Of a stretch of DNA of 64,000 nucleotides, positions 56,077 to 64,000 are shown in pieces. The stretch covers positions 7,796 through 71,795 of the forward strand of contig CAZLTV010000001.1 of the NCBI GenBank assembly GCA_964562545.1. The letters are read 5' to 3'. The notes below the pieces were generated by a model. The model was given only the letters and a program-made list of their open reading frames with translations, was not told where the DNA came from and did not search any database. The DNA is from an uncultured Mycobacterium sp. (lineage in GTDB: Bacteria > Actinomycetota > Actinomycetes > Mycobacteriales > Mycobacteriaceae). Position numbers and translations under genes: made by a program. Every line of letters starts with the position of its first letter. Position 1 is the stretch's first letter.

Positions 56077-58335
56077 ATGAATGCACCAGCCGAAGGGCTT
56101 CCACTTCCGCTCAACGCCGGCCATGAGGCATCCCTCGAAGGCCGCGTGACGCGGATGATCTTCGATGCTCCGGACGGAAGCATGCGCGTCTTCCAGATCC
56201 AGCTCGACGATCGGTCCCTAATGACCGTTCGCCAGTACGATGATCTGCAACCCTTGAAGAAAGACGACCAGATCAAGATCCTTGGGAAGATCGTCCAACA
56301 TCAGCGCTACGGTCGGCAATTCCATGCGCGTGATGTTCTGCGCCGAATGCCGAGCAGTCCCGAGGGAGTAGCGAAGGTCCTAGCTGGAAAGGAATTCAAG
56401 GGCATCGGCCCGAAGATGGCTCAAAAACTCGCGGACACGCTTGGGTCGGAAATCATCTCCATCCTGAACCGGGGCGACCCCGGCCAACTCATCTCTGGCA
56501 TCATCGGATCCAAGAAGGCGGAATCCCTTCTCTCTGCCTGGGCGCAGGACATGCAGATCCATGCCGCGCACGCAATCCTCGCTGACCTCGAAGTTGGCCC
56601 TCATCTTCGAAAGAAGATCATCGAGACAATTCCAGATTTCGAAGAAGTCATCCAAACCCAGCCGTATCGGATATCCAAAGAAATCGAAGGCGTTGGCTTC
56701 AAAACCGCAGATGACTTGGCCAAACGTGCCGGCACCTTTCGGCACGACTCTCCAGAGCGGCTCGAAGTCGGCATTCAGCATGCCCTCGATCTAGCGGCTC
56801 AAAACGGCCACACCGGACTGTCCTATGCTCAACTGCTAGACAGCGCCGCTGACGTACTCGACTTCGGCGGACGCGAAGATCGAAAGCTTCTCAAGGCTAT
56901 CATCGATCAGGAGATCGAAGATGGGTCTCTCCTCGAGAGCCCCAACAAGCTCATCCAGAAGCCGTCTCTGGCGCGGCTAGAGACGCGGCTTGCTCGCTTT
57001 CTCACCAAACTTGCCCGCTCTCAGCCTCACCCCTTCAACCCAGTGTCGGTCACCAAAACCCTCAAGTCTCTAAAACGTGACTATGGCGTCTCTGACGAGC
57101 AATTCGAAGCCGTCAACGCCGCTCTCAGCAACTCTCTGAGCGTCCTCACGGGCGGGCCCGGCACTGGCAAAACCTTCACCATCAAAGCCATAATCGAAAC
57201 CTTCAAGAAGTTGATGCAGGAGCGCCAAAGGGAGCCCCGCATCCTCCTCATGGCTCCGACAGGCCTGGCTGCTGACCGCATGCAGGACTCTACTGGATAT
57301 GAAGCTCGGACCATTCACATGGCACTCCAGTTCGATCCCGAAACCCAGGGATTCGTCCATAACGATCAGAACCCATTCCCATACGACTTGATCGTTGCTG
57401 ATGAATTCTCGATGGCGGACACTCGGCTGGCTGACGCAGTCATCCGCGCAGTCGCCGGTGGAAAGACCCGCCTCATTATCGTGGGAGATCCTGACCAGCT
57501 TCCCTCCGTCGACGCTGGCCGGGTCCTTCACGATATTATCCAGTCGGATATATGCCACGTCACGAAGCTCACCATCGTTCGCCGGACAGGTGAAGGATCC
57601 GCGATCGCCCTCGGTGCAGAGCGCATCAAGCATGGCAAGATGCCCGAATTTGGACAGCCAGGGCAATCTGATCTCGTCTTCATCGAAATGAATGACAAAG
57701 AGGCCGCAGCCGACCGGATTGTCGAAATGGTTTCCGAGAAGATCCCGAATAACATCGGACACCCTTCCGAGAATATTCAGGTGCTCAGCCCCGGTAAAAA
57801 CTCAAGCGTCGGCGTGCTCGCCCTCAATACCGCTCTCCAGAACGCGCTGAACCCGGCCGAACCCATCAAGGTCGCCGGCAACGACAATGACCGTGTCGTT
57901 ATCCGCAATGGCCACCAGGCCCGCCTCGGTGACCGCATCATGTGTATGAGAACCAACTACGATCTCAACATCTATAATGGCGACGCTGGAACAATCACCG
58001 ACTGCGAGGTAGACCCTGAACACAACGCCTACCTCCTAAATCACTTCGGCAAGAAGGACGTCGCGCTCGAACGCGCTTACTGGGCAAATCTCGATCTTGC
58101 CTACGCCCTCACCGTTCACAAAAGCCAAGGTTCCGAATACGATGTCGTCGTAATCCCTATGACGACAAGCCATTGGATCATGCTCAAACGGAACCTGCTC
58201 TACACGGGCGTGACACGGGCCAAAAAACTATGCGTCATCGTCGGATCCAAAGAGGCGCTCAAGCGCGCATTGGAAACTCTCGATGGAACTTCTCGACAAA
58301 CTGGCCTACTTTCCCGTATTAAGGCTGCTGCATAA
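56077..58335 (+). CDS. recD2: RecD2/TraA-family helicase
   Basis: H.RYG.QF, KGIGPKMA, PYRI..I.GVGFKTAD, GGPGTGKT, APTG.AA, DEFSM, GDPDQLPSV, YALTVHKSQGSE, YTGVTRAK. Confidence 0.9.
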   Translation: MNAPAEGLPLPLNAGHEASLEGRVTRMIFDAPDGSMRVFQIQLDDRSLMTVRQYDDLQPLKKDDQIKILGKIVQHQRYGRQFHARDVLRRMPSSPEGVAKVLAGKEFKGIGPKMAQKLADTLGSEIISILNRGDPGQLISGIIGSKKAESLLSAWAQDMQIHAAHAILADLEVGPHLRKKIIETIPDFEEVIQTQPYRISKEIEGVGFKTADDLAKRAGTFRHDSPERLEVGIQHALDLAAQNGHTGLSYAQLLDSAADVLDFGGREDRKLLKAIIDQEIEDGSLLESPNKLIQKPSLARLETRLARFLTKLARSQPHPFNPVSVTKTLKSLKRDYGVSDEQFEAVNAALSNSLSVLTGGPGTGKTFTIKAIIETFKKLMQERQREPRILLMAPTGLAADRMQDSTGYEARTIHMALQFDPETQGFVHNDQNPFPYDLIVADEFSMADTRLADAVIRAVAGGKTRLIIVGDPDQLPSVDAGRVLHDIIQSDICHVTKLTIVRRTGEGSAIALGAERIKHGKMPEFGQPGQSDLVFIEMNDKEAAADRIVEMVSEKIPNNIGHPSENIQVLSPGKNSSVGVLALNTALQNALNPAEPIKVAGNDNDRVVIRNGHQARLGDRIMCMRTNYDLNIYNGDAGTITDCEVDPEHNAYLLNHFGKKDVALERAYWANLDLAYALTVHKSQGSEYDVVVIPMTTSHWIMLKRNLLYTGVTRAKKLCVIVGSKEALKRALETLDGTSRQTGLLSRIKAAA

Positions 58336-58366
58336 ATCCTCAAATATCCTGCCGGGGGGCAAGAAA

Positions 58367-59404
58367 ATGGTTCGAACAGTCGTGGCGACCCTCATGGGTG
58401 CTAGCGCAATCGTGGGTCTTTCAGGAACAGCGCAGGCCCGTACTGCGCAGGAATCTGGATACACCTGCTCAACCATGATCGCCGAAGTCGAGCAACGCCG
58501 GAAAATTCCTCGAGGCTTGCTTATGGCGATCGCCATAACCGAATCCGGAAATGGCGGACAGCCCAGCCCCTATGCGATGAATATTGCTGGTCGCAGCCAC
58601 TTCGCAGACAGCAAAGCGGAAATGGCGAAGATCATCAGCGCGAATTGGAGCCGAGGCGTCAAGTCAATCGATGTCGGCTGCATGCAGGTGAACCTCAAAT
58701 ACCACGGTCAGAAGTTCGGCAGGCTGACTGACCTTCTCGATTCCCAAACAAACGTGGAATACGGCGCAGGATATCTCATCAAGCTCGCTCATGACCGCGG
58801 CTCCTGGCGAGAAGGCGTCATGGATTACCACAACAAGAAGGTGAAACGCCGCCGGAACTGGTATGGCTGCAAGGTCTGGAACAACTACCTTCGCATTACC
58901 CACGCCAGAACCGGTTTCGTTCAATGTCCGAAAACCCCGACAGGGTCATCCGTCGCTTCACGTGACAGCATCAAAACTACGCCCCTGGTGATCCCCGGAT
59001 ACAACGACAGTCGCGCAACATTGGCTGCAGTTCAATCCGGCATGAACCGGCAGCCAGCAATGGGCGGGCCCGCTCAGGCATTGAGCGCGAACGTCACACA
59101 GGTTCCTACTGGAAGCCCTCTCGATCCGGGGATTACAAGCGCTCCCGCTAACATCATACGGGCCGCTGCTGCGGAACCAGTCCACCCCCAGAAGCAGCGA
59201 GAGCGGGTGATGGGCACCATCGAGCTGGCGAGCGCCGAAGAATCACTCGCGGATGTGACGACGTCCTCGGACCCGCGTGCGAGTGCTTTCCAATCGGTTC
59301 GTCCTCAGGACTGGTCAGAACGTCAGCGTGCAGTCGCTTCGGCCGAGGCGCCAGGCGCTACGAGCAACACGCAGGGAGGCTTCGCTCGCATCGGCTCCGA
59401 CTAG
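58367..59404 (+). CDS. lytic transglycosylase (VirB1-like SLT)
   Basis: Signal peptide; LLMAIAITESG, SIDVGCMQVN, NVEYGAGYL. Confidence 0.85.
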   Translation: MVRTVVATLMGASAIVGLSGTAQARTAQESGYTCSTMIAEVEQRRKIPRGLLMAIAITESGNGGQPSPYAMNIAGRSHFADSKAEMAKIISANWSRGVKSIDVGCMQVNLKYHGQKFGRLTDLLDSQTNVEYGAGYLIKLAHDRGSWREGVMDYHNKKVKRRRNWYGCKVWNNYLRITHARTGFVQCPKTPTGSSVASRDSIKTTPLVIPGYNDSRATLAAVQSGMNRQPAMGGPAQALSANVTQVPTGSPLDPGITSAPANIIRAAAAEPVHPQKQRERVMGTIELASAEESLADVTTSSDPRASAFQSVRPQDWSERQRAVASAEAPGATSNTQGGFARIGSD

Positions 59405-59413
59405 GTCGTCCGC

Positions 59414-59719
59414 TCACTCTCCAAACCAGATCCAGAAGACTGCGAAGATCACGCCTCCCGCCGCAATCATCCAGTAGGTTTCGTTCGCGTACCCCATTGA
59501 CGACATCACGCCTGCCACAAACGACGGCGTGAACCGCATGATGGAAAAACTCGTCTTTCCACCGGAGGTCATGAAGACTCCGAACATGAGCATCCCGACG
59601 ATGATGAAGTATCGGAAAATTTCCTCCGCGCTCGTTGCATTCGCCATCTGCCAAATCGGCATCCAGGCGAACAGCGCATAGAGAGAAAACCCTGAGAGAA
59701 TTGCGCCAATCTGGATCAT
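59414..59719 (-). CDS. small membrane protein
   Basis: Three to four hydrophobic segments. Confidence 0.55.
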   Translation of the reverse strand: MIQIGAILSGFSLYALFAWMPIWQMANATSAEEIFRYFIIVGMLMFGVFMTSGGKTSFSIMRFTPSFVAGVMSSMGYANETYWMIAAGGVIFAVFWIWFGE

Positions 59720-59886
59720 TGTCAGTACCCCTGTGGAAGTTTATGGATTGGGGGTTCCAGTGAGCGTTGTCAAATCCAGAATCATCCAGCAGGGAAAAGA
59801 TTATTCAGGGTCGTCATAAATCATAGACCCCTTCTACACTAAGCAATGGGCCGGCCCTGTCGGCCGGAAAACTGGAGATAAGAAAA

Positions 59887-60213
59887 ATGGCTGATACCCC
59901 TCCCGTGCGCGTTCTCCTCATCAAGGACGGCGAAAAATTCTATATGCGCCCCCTCGGCGACCAGCCCCCAGTGCATGTCGCTTACATCGATACAGCGAAC
60001 AACAAGCCCAACGGACAGGGGGAAATTAGCTCACTTATCCCTGGCGGGGGAAGTGAAGCGGAGGTTTTGAGCCTGCTCGATCTCGCAGCCAAAGACATGG
60101 AAGCCTACGTCCAATCCGGCAACTTCGATCGAGACAGGCTGATCGCCGAGCAAAATCAAGAGATCGCTCGACTGAGCCAGGCCAGCCAGCCGGTTCCAGC
60201 TAACGGAGTCTGA
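59887..60213 (+). CDS. hypothetical protein
   Basis: GGAG RBS; 108 aa. Confidence 0.65.
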   Translation: MADTPPVRVLLIKDGEKFYMRPLGDQPPVHVAYIDTANNKPNGQGEISSLIPGGGSEAEVLSLLDLAAKDMEAYVQSGNFDRDRLIAEQNQEIARLSQASQPVPANGV

Positions 60214-60214
60214 T

Positions 60215-60541
60215 ATGGACATGGCAAGCGCCCCCACCATCCGGAATGAGCGAGAGGCCCGCCGGATCGTCGAAACCATCATGCAGCGCAAGCTCTCGAA
60301 CCTCGAATTCGAGTACAATTCGCTCCTGGGGAAAGACGTTTATCCGCTCGAGATCGAGGGAGACTATCTCCACCTCGACGCCCACGAGATCCGGAACGTT
60401 GGCGCCTGCGCCATCATCGGCGTCATGCGTTTCGAGATCGCCGAACTTCCTGACATGGACGAGGGCACGATCGAAAGCGCTTGTCATCGCCAGATGGGCA
60501 AATTCGCAATGCAAACCCTTATGGCACCTGGTCGACTATGA
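60215..60541 (+). CDS. hypothetical protein
   Basis: GGAG RBS; ATGA overlap with rseP. Confidence 0.65.
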   Translation: MDMASAPTIRNEREARRIVETIMQRKLSNLEFEYNSLLGKDVYPLEIEGDYLHLDAHEIRNVGACAIIGVMRFEIAELPDMDEGTIESACHRQMGKFAMQTLMAPGRL

Positions 60542-61602
60542 TCGACCTTCTCGTCGCATTTGTCGCATTCATTCTGATGGTCTCGACAATTGTGACCATC
60601 CATGAATTCGGGCACTATATCGTCGCCAGATCTTTCGGGCTCGTCGCCACTCACTTCTCGGTTGGCTTTGGCCGCCCCCTCCTCGCACGAACCGACAAGA
60701 AGGGGACGGAATGGCGCATCGCTCCATTCCTCCTGGGCGGCTACGTCAAGTTTGCAGGCGATGATGATGACGCCCCGCTGAGGCCCGGACAGAAACGCTT
60801 GGTCGACCTTCCTCGTTGGCCTCGAGCCTGCGTTGTCGCTGCCGGTCCAGCCATCAACTTCATACTTGCTGGCTTCCTCCTTGCGGGCATCGCCTACTTC
60901 TATGGCTATCCAGCCGGACAGCCAGTCGTTGAGTCAGTTATTCCCGATACACCGGCAGCTGAAGCTGGCATCCTGGATGGAGACGAGGTCACTGCCTTCG
61001 ACGGTGCCGAAATCGTCACCGCTTACGACATTCGACAGCGAATCATGATCGCGCCCGGCGATGAAGTTCTCATCGAACTCGAGCGGAACGGCGAGCCACT
61101 AACCGTCACCGCACAGCTCAATGCCGTCACCCATGACGATGGACTCGGCAACGTCAGCCGCATCGGCCAGCTCGGCATCAACCTTCCCCACGCCTTTGAG
61201 AAATCGCCCACTATTGGCGCCGCGGTCACCGAAGGCATCAGCCAAGGCCTGTTCGTTACCTACAGCCAGATCATGGCCCTCAAGCAAATCGGCACCGGTC
61301 AGAGGCCCGTCACCGAACTTTCCGGACCGGTACGCATTGCCAAAATGTCAGGTCAGACGATCTCGATGGGTATCATGCCCTTTCTCTACATGATGGCCAT
61401 CCTGTCTATCGGCATCGGGCTTCTCAATCTTCTGCCCATCCCAGCGCTCGATGGCGGACACCTTGCCACCTATGCCCTCGAGGGCATCATTGGGCGCGAC
61501 CTCAACCCCCAGATCGCAAAGGGTGCCGCCGTTGTGGGCCTTACGATCATCGTACTCCTAGGCGTGCTGGGTCTCACTCTGGACGCCGTCGCACTATCAT
61601 GA
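60538..61602 (+). CDS. rseP: RseP-like M50 intramembrane zinc protease with PDZ domain
   Basis: HEFGH, FSVGFG, GGYVKF, AGPAIN, PDZ, NLLPIPALDGG. Confidence 0.9.
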   Translation: MIDLLVAFVAFILMVSTIVTIHEFGHYIVARSFGLVATHFSVGFGRPLLARTDKKGTEWRIAPFLLGGYVKFAGDDDDAPLRPGQKRLVDLPRWPRACVVAAGPAINFILAGFLLAGIAYFYGYPAGQPVVESVIPDTPAAEAGILDGDEVTAFDGAEIVTAYDIRQRIMIAPGDEVLIELERNGEPLTVTAQLNAVTHDDGLGNVSRIGQLGINLPHAFEKSPTIGAAVTEGISQGLFVTYSQIMALKQIGTGQRPVTELSGPVRIAKMSGQTISMGIMPFLYMMAILSIGIGLLNLLPIPALDGGHLATYALEGIIGRDLNPQIAKGAAVVGLTIIVLLGVLGLTLDAVALS

Positions 61603-62393
61603 CCAAAACACAGAACACCGCCGCGGCACATCCCACGCCAAGCAAGCACGAAACACGCTCCGGGCCCGGCTGGTTTGCGCTGATCGCTTCTTCAGGCCTC
61701 TTCTTCGCGGCCGGATGGGGATCTGCAACTCTCGCAATCGACTCAGCCGCCGCGATCGATGCCTACAAAGGCCGTTCCATTCAGGCGGAGGCCCCTCCAC
61801 CTCCTCTCGAGCTCGTCAGCTTCGATGAGCCCGGCATCAATTCGAAGCCTCAATGGTTTCCAGAAACCAACCGCATCGATTGGTCCATCTCCCTAAGGCC
61901 CGGCGTCTCCACCACACCGGTCAAAATCGACAATCTCGCGGAACGCGAGAACCACCGCGTTCTCTTCCAGGTTATCAGCGAAGATCGCGACCCCCAGCTT
62001 GCCGCCGTCCTCTTCGTGCGCGCCAATGGGCGCGCGGCAATCCAGTTGCCACCGGCAGAATACCGCCTTGATGTCGTATCAACTCCCATCGATATGGCCT
62101 GGTCTATCGCGAAGGAGCAGTACGCATCTCCGCGCATGAAGCTTGAGATCGAGGCAAAGCGCTCGTCGATCATCGGACAAGAGCATCTTGAGATCAGCGA
62201 CGGAGGCACCTTGAGGCCGCGCAAGTCCCAAACGATCCGCATCACCAAAGCTTCGGCGCATCCTGCTCCTTCACCATCTGAAGCGGCCGACCCGGTTCCG
62301 GGCGTCAATGAGGATGCGACCAAAGAGCCTCTAGAGGTCGACTACGGCGCCATCGAGATCGGCAGCCCGAACTCATCTCGTCCCGAAACCTAA
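61599..62393 (+). CDS. single-TM protein, paralog of 62807..63607
   Basis: TM helix; WFP..W.IS.RPG..P..I.NL, L.VRA..A.I.LP..Y. Confidence 0.7.
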   Translation: MTKTQNTAAAHPTPSKHETRSGPGWFALIASSGLFFAAGWGSATLAIDSAAAIDAYKGRSIQAEAPPPPLELVSFDEPGINSKPQWFPETNRIDWSISLRPGVSTTPVKIDNLAERENHRVLFQVISEDRDPQLAAVLFVRANGRAAIQLPPAEYRLDVVSTPIDMAWSIAKEQYASPRMKLEIEAKRSSIIGQEHLEISDGGTLRPRKSQTIRITKASAHPAPSPSEAADPVPGVNEDATKEPLEVDYGAIEIGSPNSSRPET

Positions 62394-62806
62394 CACTTCA
62401 TCTCAAATCTCGCTGCGCGCTCTTGCCTTCCGCCCTCCTCTATGACGAAAGCCCCCCAAACAGCGAAGGGCGGATTCGCCCTTGGAATGCCATCAAAGCC
62501 AGAGAGAGACCCGTGCAGGAACAGCGCCGCAAGCAAAATCTATTGAACTCCGCGATGCGCCGTGGAGCCGCCAGATTTGCACGCCGGTCGCATAAGCATC
62601 TGCTTCGCGAGACCCCGCGGCTCGAGGTGTACCTTCAGCACAGCTAACCCCCAATCGAACGACGCGAAATGCATCGCGACCTGCGATTCTGCACGCTTCG
62701 CCGAGCCACTCCGACCAGATCGAAACTCTGCCTCCGCTTCTGCATTCCCATCCACAAGCTCTCTCGAAAGCGAGAGACAGGGAGAAGCAGAATTGTCTGA
62801 GGTATC

Positions 62807-63607
62807 ATGCGGAGCTCGGTTCGTTCACAACAACGCAAGAAGGCACCAGCCAGCCGTTCTATAAAGGTGGGGGCGGCCGCTGTTTTGCTAACGTTTAGCG
62901 GAGCAGCTGCAGGCATGCTCATGGATGGCGTTTCTGAAACCATCCTCACCTTTCGCGATGACCAAGCTTCCAAGCCTGTCTCCCCGCTGCCTCCATCGGT
63001 CAAAGAACCGAGCAAAACTGCCGCTCCTCCAGCCCCTATCCACCCGGTAGTCCAACCTGAGCCCGCTTGGTTTCCTGCCAATAACGCAGCACAATGGGCC
63101 ATATCCGTGCGGCCCGGACAACCAACGATCCCGCTCAATATCGAAAATCTCAAAAGCAAGCAGAACGGGCTTGTTCGCTTCTATCGCGCTACCGGGTCGC
63201 CATCCTCACCCTGGCAGCGAGCCGCCACCCTACACGTCCGAGCAGAGAACAGCGCCACGATCCGGCTCCCTCAGGGGCATTATCTTGTTGCCCGCACAGC
63301 AGCGCCGGCCACTCTACAGTACGACGAAATAGCCAAGCGGGAGCCCGACGAGACAGTACAATTGACCGTAGGAACACTTGGACACTCTCCGATCAGGATC
63401 GCCATCGACCGCACCGATGCCATGCCTATCCAGAATCCAACGGCACCTCACCGCTACGCACTTGCCTCAAGTCGGCGGAACGATGCTCGATCAACCTACC
63501 GGTCGTCACATCCACTGAAACCAGTACGATCTGTCGCCAGCGTCCAGCCGACGCTTGACGAAGAAGAATACGCAGGCCTCGTCGAAGCCGCACTCGACGA
63601 GACCTGA
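62807..63607 (+). CDS. single-TM protein, paralog of 61599..62393
   Basis: GAGG RBS; same motif set as the upstream paralog. Confidence 0.7.
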   Translation: MRSSVRSQQRKKAPASRSIKVGAAAVLLTFSGAAAGMLMDGVSETILTFRDDQASKPVSPLPPSVKEPSKTAAPPAPIHPVVQPEPAWFPANNAAQWAISVRPGQPTIPLNIENLKSKQNGLVRFYRATGSPSSPWQRAATLHVRAENSATIRLPQGHYLVARTAAPATLQYDEIAKREPDETVQLTVGTLGHSPIRIAIDRTDAMPIQNPTAPHRYALASSRRNDARSTYRSSHPLKPVRSVASVQPTLDEEEYAGLVEAALDET

Positions 63608-63696
63608 TCTCGAAAAAAAGACGTCCTCATCGTCCGGATTACCCCGGACGGTTCTACGAACCTATCGGTACGTGAACTGAAATTCGTGAGGAAAGA

Positions 63697-64000
63697 ATGG
63701 CCAAGCCAAAGAAGCGGTACGTTTGCTCGGCATGCGGATCCACCACCACCAAATGGGCCGGGCAATGCGCTGACTGCCAGGAATGGAACTGCATGACCGA
63801 GGATACCGGTTCCAACGTAACGCCTTTCTCAGCCAAGCATGATCTTTCGAGCGGTGGCTCGAAACTCTCCATGTCACCTCTCAACACTCAGGTCGTCATG
63901 CCTGACCGCCTCCGAACAGGCATCGCAGAACTGGATACAGTGCTCGGTGGCGGCATCGTCCACGGCTCTGCCACTCTCCTTGGCGGCGAACCGGGAATTG
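63697..64000 (+). CDS. radA: DNA repair protein RadA/Sms (3'-truncated by window)
   Basis: Own translation: MAKPKKRYVCSACG...KWAGQCADCQEWN...RTGIAELDTVLGGGIVHGSATLLGGEPGI. Confidence 0.9.
   Translation, partial: MAKPKKRYVCSACGSTTTKWAGQCADCQEWNCMTEDTGSNVTPFSAKHDLSSGGSKLSMSPLNTQVVMPDRLRTGIAELDTVLGGGIVHGSATLLGGEPGI

Noticed and set aside
1-64000. tRNA, rRNA, IS transposase or reverse transcriptase genes
   Set aside because: None recognised by eye; a tRNAscan/Rfam run would be needed to exclude small RNAs.

Overview
This window is 64 kb of a large, GC-rich conjugative plasmid or ICE-like element, probably from an alphaproteobacterium (sphingomonad-like, inferred from the RadA and VirB sequences). 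It has three parts. (1) Positions 1-14.7 kb hold about 30 short, co-oriented (+) genes, mostly of unknown function, plus a trifunctional kinase-phosphatase-RNA ligase. Gene blocks here are repeatedly preceded by a conserved ~85-nt double-hairpin element (7 full copies, about 3 degenerate). The element shows compensatory base changes, a conserved bulged purine and a stem that pairs with the ribosome-binding site. (2) A MOBQ-like oriT candidate (~15.93 kb) is oriented so that part 1 would be the leading region, transferred first with its template strand as ssDNA. It is followed by a MobA/MobL relaxase, a Cro-like/Rep-like/DnaB module and a VirB2-B11/VirD4 type IV secretion cluster, with virB6-like and virB1-like genes displaced downstream. 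(3) A large DNA-metabolism block encodes topoisomerase III, a Rad52-family annealase, a degenerate RNase H, a primase, a 1398-aa protein with DprA/SLOG-like domains, SSB, NrdA/NrdB split by a degenerate tandem dUTPase, UvrD, RecD2, RseP and RadA. The most interesting candidates are the leading-region hairpin/cassette system and the giant DprA-like protein, which has a relaxase-like C-terminal tail. All family calls come from motif recognition by eye; no database search was run.
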